A DNA stretch of 64,000 nt, from positions 8,126-72,125 of the forward strand of contig JBJETA010000005.1 in NCBI GenBank assembly GCA_051883075.1, written 5' to 3'. The notes under the pieces were generated by a model that worked only from the letters and a program-made list of their open reading frames with translations, made no database searches and was not told where the DNA came from. Made by a program: the position numbers and the translations under genes. Positions 38,176 to 47,637 of this stretch are shown here, in pieces. Each line of letters starts with the position of its first letter. Position 1 is the first letter of the stretch. The DNA comes from Anaerovoracaceae bacterium. Lineage in GTDB: Bacteria; Bacillota; Clostridia; Peptostreptococcales; Anaerovoracaceae.

Positions 38176-39072
38176 CTATTTTTTTAATTCCAAAACACAC
38201 CTGTCAACCTCTTCAGGCAGAGGTATTGAATCCGCCGCACCCTTTACGGAAACCGCCATGGCTGAGGCCTTTGCCGCCCTTGTCATAGCCTCTTCTATAT
38301 CCATACCTTCTGAAAGCGATGCAAGGAAATATCCGCTGAAGGTATCGCCCGCACAGGTAGTATCAACAGCCTTTACATCATAACAGCCGATGCTGAATCT
38401 TCTTTCCCTGTCCGCATAGCGTGAACCTTTATCCCCAAGAGTCAGAACAACTTTGCTTTCACTGTACCGCTCCATCATAACATCAAGGATTTCATCGGGC
38501 TCACTTTTACCTGTGATAGCTTCACCTTCGATTTCGTTCATCATAAAATAAGTTATCTTTTTCAGATCAAGCTCCGTAATTTTTTCATTCATCGGGCTTG
38601 GATTCAGTACAATCTGCATGCCCTGTTCATAAGCCGCATCAACGATTTCTTTTAAAGAGCTGATTTCATTCTGAAGCACAAGAATGTCCCCCTTTTCGAA
38701 ACAGCTTATAACCTGCTTTGCATATTCGGGAGTGATTTCCTGGTTTGCCCCTCCAAAAAGCACGATACAGTTCTGTCCACTTTTATCCACCTGTATAAAA
38801 GCATTGCCCGTAGGTACGTCAAACAGCTTGATATGTTTCGTATTAACACCGTTTTCAATAAGCTTTTCCTTGAGAAATTCACCGTCTGCACCCATGCCTC
38901 CCGCATGATAAACCTCCGCTCCCGCCTTTGCAAGAGCCACAGACTGGTTAAGACCCTTGCCGCCGCAGAATCTGCCGACCTCATCCGCAGCAAGAGTTTC
39001 TCCCGGCATCACAAAATGGTCTACGTTGTAAACCCAGTCAATATTTAAAGACCCGAAATTTAAAATCTTCAT
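38176..39072 (-). CDS. rbsK: Ribokinase / PfkB family carbohydrate kinase
   Basis: GSLNIDWVY, GGKGLNQSVA, and the DTTCAGDTFSG anion-hole motif. Confidence 0.8.
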   Translation of the reverse strand: MKILNFGSLNIDWVYNVDHFVMPGETLAADEVGRFCGGKGLNQSVALAKAGAEVYHAGGMGADGEFLKEKLIENGVNTKHIKLFDVPTGNAFIQVDKSGQNCIVLFGGANQEITPEYAKQVISCFEKGDILVLQNEISSLKEIVDAAYEQGMQIVLNPSPMNEKITELDLKKITYFMMNEIEGEAITGKSEPDEILDVMMERYSESKVVLTLGDKGSRYADRERRFSIGCYDVKAVDTTCAGDTFSGYFLASLSEGMDIEEAMTRAAKASAMAVSVKGAADSIPLPEEVDRCVLELKK

Positions 39073-39089
39073 ATTTCTCCCCCGTCTTT

Positions 39090-40439
39090 CTATTTAAAAC
39101 GTTCTTTTATTTCCTGTGCCTGCTCCTCGGTAATGGTCTGTACCCTGCCTCCCAGAAGCTTCGAGTTTACAACTGCCTCCGCGCTTGAGTCCAGCACCTC
39201 CAGCTTGTCGAAAGCGTTATATATGCTGTCGCCCGTGCAGATATAACAGTCATTTTCCACTATTGCTACCGGAGCTTTTTCCTTAAAATATTCTGCCAGT
39301 CCCTCCCTGTTTTTATATACACTTCCGAAAGGAAACTTGGAAATGTCCTCTCTGAGAACTATATAACACTCTGGGATTGTTTTCAAATCGTAGTTAAAAT
39401 CCGTAACAGCAAATACCATGGCATTTACAGGTGCTGCCATTATTATAGCATTGATTTCAGGATTTTCCTCATATATTTTCTTATGCAGCAGTACGCTTTT
39501 TGAAGGCACTTTACCGGCTTCGACTCTGTTTCCGCTTATTCTGACGATTTCATCTTCACCAAGGTCTGCGTTGTCAGATCCGCTTTCAGTAATAAGGAAA
39601 CTGTTTTCATCAAGCCTTGCGGATATGACTCCCAGGTTCTGTGTAAACAGATGTCTTCTGTAGCCCCGCGCCATGAAATCGCAGACAGACTTCCGAAGCA
39701 GCTTTTCTTTATCTTCTGCTTCTGATAAATTTAAGCTTTTTGCCTCCTTTTGGCTTTGCTCTGCTTCTTCATATTCCAGTCCGTCCCATGCCGTTTTCTC
39801 GGCTTCGTTATAGTCTTGTATATCGGCTTCACTTATGACATTAAACTTTCCGTCAGCATAAATGTTTGCCTTTGCCTGAAGCTGTATGCTGAAATCCAGA
39901 TCCTGAAACAGTCCGAAGGCTTCTTTCAGTCCGCCTCCGGATGCCGCAAAGGCTCCGTGGTTTTCAAGGATTGCCGTGTTTGTGTTTTCACCTTCCGCAA
40001 ATTCTTTTTCCACTTTTTCTTTCAGCTCAATCGTACCGGGGCATGCGTATTTAGCGATACGCGGATTTTTAACTCTGTTGTAAACCTGCGGTATGAGCCT
40101 TGTCTCAGGCAGTTCTCTCAAAAAGCTCATGGCTACAAGTGCCGGAGGATGAGCATGAACAACCGCATTGAACTCAGGTCGTTTTTTAAGTATTACTTTG
40201 TGTATTTCCGTTTCCACCGACGGTTTTCTGTTTCCCACAACTGTTCCGTCAGGCAAAATCTTTAGTATATCATCCTCTTTGTATCTGCCTTTATCTCCGC
40301 CTGAGGGCGTAACCCACAGGTTTCCATCTTCATCCTTCAGCGAAAGATTTCCGCCTGAAACTGTTGTAAGCCCCGCTTCGTATATCCTGGACATTATCAG
40401 GCACAGCTGTTTTTGCGGGCTGATATTTTCAAATTTCAT
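39090..40439 (-). CDS. Tandem class II aldolase/adducin-domain protein (second domain lacks metal ligands)
   Basis: The N-terminal half keeps the E...H, HAHP and ENHG ligand pattern. The C-terminal half is collinear, but those positions read SVLLH / MAAP / ENDC. Confidence 0.75.
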   Translation of the reverse strand: MKFENISPQKQLCLIMSRIYEAGLTTVSGGNLSLKDEDGNLWVTPSGGDKGRYKEDDILKILPDGTVVGNRKPSVETEIHKVILKKRPEFNAVVHAHPPALVAMSFLRELPETRLIPQVYNRVKNPRIAKYACPGTIELKEKVEKEFAEGENTNTAILENHGAFAASGGGLKEAFGLFQDLDFSIQLQAKANIYADGKFNVISEADIQDYNEAEKTAWDGLEYEEAEQSQKEAKSLNLSEAEDKEKLLRKSVCDFMARGYRRHLFTQNLGVISARLDENSFLITESGSDNADLGEDEIVRISGNRVEAGKVPSKSVLLHKKIYEENPEINAIIMAAPVNAMVFAVTDFNYDLKTIPECYIVLREDISKFPFGSVYKNREGLAEYFKEKAPVAIVENDCYICTGDSIYNAFDKLEVLDSSAEAVVNSKLLGGRVQTITEEQAQEIKERFK

Positions 40440-40490
40440 AACATTTTCTCCAAAGTTTTATTTTTTCTGTCATTCCTGATTCTTTTGTAG

Positions 40491-40513
40491 AAAAAAAGCG
40501 GCTCACGCCGCCT
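40491..40513 (-). terminator. Intrinsic terminator after the nucleotidyltransferase gene
   Basis: On the minus strand, GGCGGC-GTGA-GCCGC is followed by TTTTTTT. Confidence 0.7.
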
Positions 40514-40522
40514 TTATGTTTC

Positions 40523-41446
40523 TTATTTCCAAAGCTTATCGGGATAAAGCCCCTTGTCTTTCAGCGACTGAAGGGAATCAACTACCATAGGCTTGTCTTC
40601 CTTGTATGTTACACCATACCATCTGTCAGTTGATTTAAGAACCTTTACTGTTGCTTTTCCTTCTTTGATAAGGGCATCAACTGCCAAAGGCAGGAAATAT
40701 TCGCCTTTAAGCGGATTTTCTTTCAGGGCATTATCAAGAAATGCAGGGAAGCGTGCTTCCATCTCATCAATCATGCTTCTTGAGAAACCCCAGAAGTTCA
40801 TGGATACCGGAGTACCCTTTTCTACCTGCTCCCATGTTGCTCCGTCATCCTCCGTAAAAGCAATGCTTCCGTCAGGCTGCCAGCTGATCTTTGTGCGTTC
40901 AATGATTTCTTCAAGATATCCGTCTTCTGATGTCTGACAAACACCTCTTGCAACTGTACCGTTTTCCGTAAGAGTGTTCTCAACAAGATAGCCTGCCATG
41001 CAGAATCTGTATTTGTCATCATCCTGTGTATTTGCAAGATAGTCGTAAATACTCTGGAATGCTCCGGGACCGTAGTAATCATCAGCATTGATAACTGCAA
41101 AGGGGCCGTCTATCATATCTCTTGCACTCAGAACTGCATGACATGTTCCCCATGGCTTTACTCTTCCTTCAGGTACTTCATATCCCTCAGGCAGGTCTGT
41201 AAGCTCCTGAAAAGCATAGCGTATATTCAGATGCTTTGCCGCTCTGCCTTCCATAATCTTCTTAAAATCTTCTTCTATTTCTTTTTTTATGATACATATA
41301 ACCTCTTTAAAGCCTGCAAGATAAGCGTCATAAAGAGAAAAGTCTATAATCAGCTCGCCTGCGGAGCCGACAGGGTCCATCTGCTTCAGACCGCCGTATC
41401 TGCTGCCCATACCTGCTGCCATTATTACTAAAACCGGTTCTTTCAT
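40523..41446 (-). CDS. Sugar-phosphate nucleotidyltransferase family protein
   Basis: N-terminal MAAGMGSRYGGLKQ nucleotide-binding loop on a Rossmann-like NTP-transferase fold. Specificity is unknown. Confidence 0.7.
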   Translation of the reverse strand: MKEPVLVIMAAGMGSRYGGLKQMDPVGSAGELIIDFSLYDAYLAGFKEVICIIKKEIEEDFKKIMEGRAAKHLNIRYAFQELTDLPEGYEVPEGRVKPWGTCHAVLSARDMIDGPFAVINADDYYGPGAFQSIYDYLANTQDDDKYRFCMAGYLVENTLTENGTVARGVCQTSEDGYLEEIIERTKISWQPDGSIAFTEDDGATWEQVEKGTPVSMNFWGFSRSMIDEMEARFPAFLDNALKENPLKGEYFLPLAVDALIKEGKATVKVLKSTDRWYGVTYKEDKPMVVDSLQSLKDKGLYPDKLWK

Positions 41447-41703
41447 CTATTCTCACCTCGTATTAAATCATCTGTCTTTAATAATATTTTATTCCGCTTT
41501 TTAATGTATCATATTTTATATAAAAAAAACAGTATTTTTGGTAAATCACTGTCTCCCGTACTTTTTTATGATTCTCTTTTTCAACCTAAAGCGGATTTCA
41601 GCTGCCAAATACTGTTTTTCCACTTTTACCGAAGCACCGGCTATTATATAATGTATTTATACATTTGTTTTTAATTACCAATAACTATAGGAGGCTGATA
41701 AAT

Positions 41704-42252
41704 ATGAAATGTTCAGGTGAAAATGCGGAAAAAAGAGCCGCTCTTGCGGTTGCTGATTTAATGGCGGCTGCGGCAAAAACTGCTCCGAAGGGCTGCGGAG
41801 TTGACAATGTTGAAGTTGTAATACTCGACGGAGCTGAAAAGGATGCTCTTGCAGAGTATCTCAGAAAAATCGGTAATGAACGAAATATCGAATTTTTTGT
41901 GCGTGACGCAGGCAATATAGATAACAGCCATTGCGTTGTCCTGATTGGTGTAAGAAATGTACCCCTTGCACTTGCTCCATGCGGCTTGTGCGGTTTCAAA
42001 AACTGCGGCGAAATGAAAAAAGCAGGAGGACACTGCACTTTCAATATCACAGACTTAGGCATAGCTGTAGGTTCCGCTGTTTCTGTTGCGGCAGACCACA
42101 GGATAGACAATCGCGTTATGTACTCTGCCGGTGTTGCGGCCGTAGAAAGCGGATGCTTCTCCGAAAAGGTAAGAGTTGCTTATGCAATACCTCTTTCGAC
42201 TTCTTCAAAGAGCATTTTCTTTGACAGAAATCCGGGAGCCGTACTGGTTTAA
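41704..42252 (+). CDS. Ferredoxin-like DUF2148-type protein
   Basis: Cys motif CGLCGFKNCGE...C. The start is set at ATG 41704 after GGAGG. Confidence 0.65.
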   Translation: MKCSGENAEKRAALAVADLMAAAAKTAPKGCGVDNVEVVILDGAEKDALAEYLRKIGNERNIEFFVRDAGNIDNSHCVVLIGVRNVPLALAPCGLCGFKNCGEMKKAGGHCTFNITDLGIAVGSAVSVAADHRIDNRVMYSAGVAAVESGCFSEKVRVAYAIPLSTSSKSIFFDRNPGAVLV

Positions 42253-42320
42253 AAATTTATAATAAAAAAGGGCAAATCAGGGAAAATCCTTGCATTTGTC
42301 CTTTTGTTTTTTTGCATTAT

Positions 42321-42878
42321 TTAATCATCTAACCCACATTTGTCTTTATTTTCTCTTATGTACTCGATAACCCTCGGTGCAGCTATAACAAACCACGGTG
42401 CGAACTTTTCAGGCTGCTCCTTTATCTGCTTTTCAACTTCTTCAAACTCAATCCACTGCATATCTGCAACTTCATCAGGGTTAATTTTAAATCCTCCGTC
42501 ATATCTTCCTATAAACACATGGTCATACTCGTGCTCATATAAATCATCATGAAATTTGTGTTTATACACGAAGGAGAAAATTTCTTCCACAGAGCACGAA
42601 ATCCCTGTTTCTTCAACAAGTCGGGCTTCTGCATCTTCCTTTATCCACAAGTTATCCACAGGATGTGAACAACATGTATTTGCCCACAGTCCCCCTGAAT
42701 GATATTTATGAAAAGCTCTTTGTTGTATCAGCAGCTTTCCGTCATTGTAAAGAAAAATTGAAAATGCCCTGTGCAGCATAGGACTTTGATGTGCTTCAGT
42801 TTTCGACATTTTCCCAACTATTGTGTCATTTTCATCAACTAACAAAACTTTGCTTCTGTCAATATTTTTATTTATCAT
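42321..42878 (-). CDS. idi: Isopentenyl-diphosphate delta-isomerase, type 1 (Nudix)
   Basis: LHRAFSIFLYN...LLIQQRA..K....GLWANTCCSHP, a Nudix-like EETGI, 185 aa. Confidence 0.85.
   Translation of the reverse strand: MINKNIDRSKVLLVDENDTIVGKMSKTEAHQSPMLHRAFSIFLYNDGKLLIQQRAFHKYHSGGLWANTCCSHPVDNLWIKEDAEARLVEETGISCSVEEIFSFVYKHKFHDDLYEHEYDHVFIGRYDGGFKINPDEVADMQWIEFEEVEKQIKEQPEKFAPWFVIAAPRVIEYIRENKDKCGLDD
42641..42660. promoter_or_regulatory. Two tandem perfect DnaA boxes inside idi
   Basis: TTATCCACA at 42641-42649 and again at 42652-42660, in direct orientation. Confidence 0.7.
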
Positions 42879-43530
42879 TTCCGTACCTCTGCATTATTTC
42901 ATTTTTCTTTTCCTTGATTGCTTCCAGCACTGAAACTGCAATGGTTAATATGCATAAACCAAGACACCAGCCCGCCAGAACATCTGTTGGATAGTGTACC
43001 CCCAGATATATTCTGCTGATTCCTATCATCAGAGGAAGCAGCAAAAGCAGCATTATAAATTTATTCACAGATTTATCCACAGTTTTGTGGATAAGCAGGT
43101 ATACCAAAAATCCATAAAATACAAGGCTTGAACAGGAATGTCCGCTCGGAAAACTAAATCCTCCCTGTGGAATCAGAAAACTTTCCACAGGCGGTCTTGG
43201 CCGTTCAATAAGGTTTTTAAAAAAGGTCTGCACCGCAACTGTAAAAAGTGCCGTGCATGACACCGGAAGGCCTATTTCAAATCTGGTTCTTCTCCATAAA
43301 ATCAGGATTGCACACAGGATTATAATTGTTTCCGAATTTCCCAGTCCCGTTACCGCTTTAACTATCGGCGTCAGTAAGTCACTCCTAAGACTAAGTATTC
43401 CGGTTCGGATTACGCTGTCGAATCTGGGTATTTCCTCATATCGCATATTGTTCATTACCGAGAGGGCAATGGCTATAAATGCTGTGAAGGCTGTAAGTCC
43501 TATAAATATTCTTTTCTTTTTACTGTCCAT
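42868..43530 (-). CDS. PAP2 family phosphatase (BcrC/undecaprenyl-diphosphatase-like)
   Basis: PAP2 motifs PSGHS and SRIYLGVHYPTDV in a multi-TM protein. The start is set at ATG 43530. The 3' end overlaps the idi start by 11 nt. Confidence 0.85.
   Translation of the reverse strand: MDSKKKRIFIGLTAFTAFIAIALSVMNNMRYEEIPRFDSVIRTGILSLRSDLLTPIVKAVTGLGNSETIIILCAILILWRRTRFEIGLPVSCTALFTVAVQTFFKNLIERPRPPVESFLIPQGGFSFPSGHSCSSLVFYGFLVYLLIHKTVDKSVNKFIMLLLLLPLMIGISRIYLGVHYPTDVLAGWCLGLCILTIAVSVLEAIKEKKNEIMQRYGNDK
43061..43094. promoter_or_regulatory. Three DnaA boxes (two perfect, convergent) inside the PAP2 gene
   Basis: TTATTCACA (43061-43069, one mismatch), TTATCCACA (43073-43081) and TGTGGATAA (43086-43094). 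Confidence 0.7.
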
Positions 43531-43671
43531 ATCTCTTAAATCCCCCAATTTTATTTTACCGCCATTCTGTATTATACAACGCTTCCATTTTATTTTCTAT
43601 ATCCTTATTTTATATTAAAAACTATGTTATAATATGAATGTTATAATAAATTTCATTTTGGGAGGCTTTCC

Positions 43672-44412
43672 ATGAAGATTATCAGAAATATACCTATGGT
43701 TATTGAGTTCGTAATGGCTTTACCTGAACTAAGACAGCATAAAAAGAATATTTACAAATACAGAGAGCTTGGAGATCTTGAAAAAGAGAGAGAGTATATC
43801 TTAAAGGCAACATCCACCTGGGGAAAGAGACTGGTCCGTGACCTGAACATTGATTTAAATATCATCGGAAAGGAAAATCTTCCCGATAACGGTCCTGTAG
43901 TTTTCGTTGGAAACCATCAGGGCTACGGCGATATTCCTATTTACTGTGCCGCTCTTGATAAGTTCCAGACAGGTTTTATTGCGAAGGATAGTCTTGAAAA
44001 GGTTCCTCTGTACGGTGAGTGGATAAAAAATATCAGAAGTGTACTTCTGCCGAGAGAAAATCCAAGGGAATCTTTAAAAGCGATGGAAACTGCCGTTGAT
44101 TTAATCAAGCAGGGCTTTTCCATGGTTATCTTTCCCGAAGGACACAGAAGCAAATGCGAAGAAATGGGCGAATTCAAAAAAGGAAGCCTGCGTCTTGCAA
44201 CAAAGCCGGGCGTGCCTGTTGTGCCTATCTCTGTAAACGGTACTTACAAGCTGTTTGAGGAAAGCGGCTATATGAAGAAAAACTTTAAAATAGATTTTAT
44301 GATTCATCCGCCTATTGAAACCTCTTCCCTTTCCAAGCAGGAGGCTTCAAATCTTGCGGAAACTGTTGAAGAAATAGTAAGAAACGGTCTTGAAGAGCTT
44401 AAAAAGCTTTAA
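43672..44412 (+). CDS. plsC: 1-acyl-sn-glycerol-3-phosphate acyltransferase
   Basis: HX4D motif (GNHQGYGD), FPEGHRS and PVVPISV blocks. Confidence 0.85.
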   Translation: MKIIRNIPMVIEFVMALPELRQHKKNIYKYRELGDLEKEREYILKATSTWGKRLVRDLNIDLNIIGKENLPDNGPVVFVGNHQGYGDIPIYCAALDKFQTGFIAKDSLEKVPLYGEWIKNIRSVLLPRENPRESLKAMETAVDLIKQGFSMVIFPEGHRSKCEEMGEFKKGSLRLATKPGVPVVPISVNGTYKLFEESGYMKKNFKIDFMIHPPIETSSLSKQEASNLAETVEEIVRNGLEELKKL

Positions 44413-44417
44413 AACAA

Positions 44418-44466
44418 AAGCTGCAGTTTCAAGTGATTACACCTGAAATGCAGCTTTATTTTTTGC
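44418..44466 (+). terminator. Intrinsic terminator of plsC
   Basis: AAGCTGCAGTTTCA ... TGAAATGCAGCTT is followed by TATTTTTTG. Confidence 0.8.
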
Positions 44467-44514
44467 TTATTTTTTTATATCTCTAGTTTTGTATTCTAAT
44501 AATCTTTTGTGTTC

Positions 44515-45387
44515 CTACATCGGATTTCTGAAGCCCTTGCCTATAATATTGCTTGAATTTGTTATGATAACAAAGGCATGTTTATCAACTTCTTTTATAT
44601 AATCTCTGAGCATTTTTGCCTGAGGTCTGCTCATAACCGACATAAGTACGGTTTTCTCTTTGTTGTCATAGGTTCCTATACATCCGTGTTTTGTTACGCC
44701 CCTGTTGATTTCATTGTGTATGAATTCCGATATCTCATCCGGCTTATCCGTTATGATGGTAAAGCACTTGGAGATGTTTATACTTTCCATGACATTATCT
44801 ACAACAACCGCCTTTGCCAGAAGCCCGAGCACTGAAAACATTCCCGTGGAAATGCCGAACAGGATTCCGCTGCTCACCGCTATGATTGCATCGGAGCAGA
44901 AAAGTGCCTTTCCTATTTCCAGTGATGTATATTTTTTGATTATCAGAGCAACAATATCCGTTCCTCCGCTGCTGGCAGAGCAGTTAAACAGCAGTGCCGA
45001 ACCTACAGCCGGGAGAATGACCGAAAATATGAGTTCCAGAAGAGGCTCATCTGTCATCGGTGCATCCAAAGGATATATAAACTCAAAGAGCTTGATGAAA
45101 AATGAAAATCCAATAGACCCATATATGGTTTTTACTCCGAATGAGGTTCCTAAAAATATAAATCCGACAAATAAAAGTATAATATTTATACCTGCCGTAA
45201 GCGTTGACTTTGAGATTGGAACAAATGCAGACAACAGTATTGAAATACCGCTGACACCGCCGGTTGAAAAATTGTTCGGCATCTTGAAGAAATACACACC
45301 TGCGGAAACAAGAAATACTCCCAGAGTAATCACCGAATACTCCAATATCACTTTTTTTATATCAATATTTTTTTTACTGCTTTCCAT
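44515..45387 (-). CDS. YitT family membrane protein (DUF2179 C-terminal domain)
   Basis: Typical YitT N-terminus (ITLGVFLVSAGVYFF..PNNFSTGGVSGISILL), five TM helices and a soluble C-terminal domain. Confidence 0.8.
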   Translation of the reverse strand: MESSKKNIDIKKVILEYSVITLGVFLVSAGVYFFKMPNNFSTGGVSGISILLSAFVPISKSTLTAGINIILLFVGFIFLGTSFGVKTIYGSIGFSFFIKLFEFIYPLDAPMTDEPLLELIFSVILPAVGSALLFNCSASSGGTDIVALIIKKYTSLEIGKALFCSDAIIAVSSGILFGISTGMFSVLGLLAKAVVVDNVMESINISKCFTIITDKPDEISEFIHNEINRGVTKHGCIGTYDNKEKTVLMSVMSRPQAKMLRDYIKEVDKHAFVIITNSSNIIGKGFRNPM

Positions 45388-45450
45388 GCTTATTTCTGCC
45401 TCTGAAATTTATTTTCCCTATTTTATGCCTCTGACTTTTATTTTAGAATA

Positions 45451-47170
<1,720 letters not shown>

Positions 47171-47174
<4 letters not shown>

Positions 47175-47572
47175 TTATTTTTCACCATTACTATACTTTT
47201 CTTTTCATCACTCAGAGTTTTAACCTCTGCAGAATCCATCAGCGTATTTATAAGAAACATAGCCAGATCGCCGTCCTTCGGACAGTTTTTGCATGGCCTG
47301 TATTCTTTTTCTATATCTCTGCCCTCTCCGGCATCGGCGATTGAAATCGTCATTTTATCTTCTTCCAGCTCACATATTACTTCATAAGCGTTTATCCAGC
47401 TGGAATAACCGTGACATGTCATGGCCTTGCACGCTTCATCAACGGCAAGCTTCATGTCATCTACAGCTTCCACATCAAAACCTGCATGGGCTGCAAGTGC
47501 GGCAATTCCCATTCTTACCACTTTTATGTATTCAGGCTTTCCCGGTACTGTAAATTTTACGCATTCTGACAT
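47171..47572 (-). CDS. RsbW/SpoIIAB-like anti-sigma factor with degenerate ATP-binding motifs
   Basis: Collinear with RsbW (VPGKPEYIKVVRMGIAALA...DDMKLAVDEAC...HGY; IADAGEG; FLINTLMD). The N-box Asn position is Ala, and the G2 box reads GDLAM. It overlaps the sigma gene by 4 nt (ATGA). Confidence 0.65.
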
Positions 47573-47598
47573 CTTTTTTTCTCCTTAAATTAGGAATT

Positions 47599-47624
47599 GG
47601 GAACCGCTTTCAATCACGGTTCCC
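47599..47624 (-). terminator. Possible weak terminator after gyrA
   Basis: GGGAACCG (47599-47606) / CGGTTCCC (47617-47624) hairpin. The trailing U-tract on the minus strand is poor. Confidence 0.4.
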
Positions 47625-47637
47625 ATTCATTTTACCA

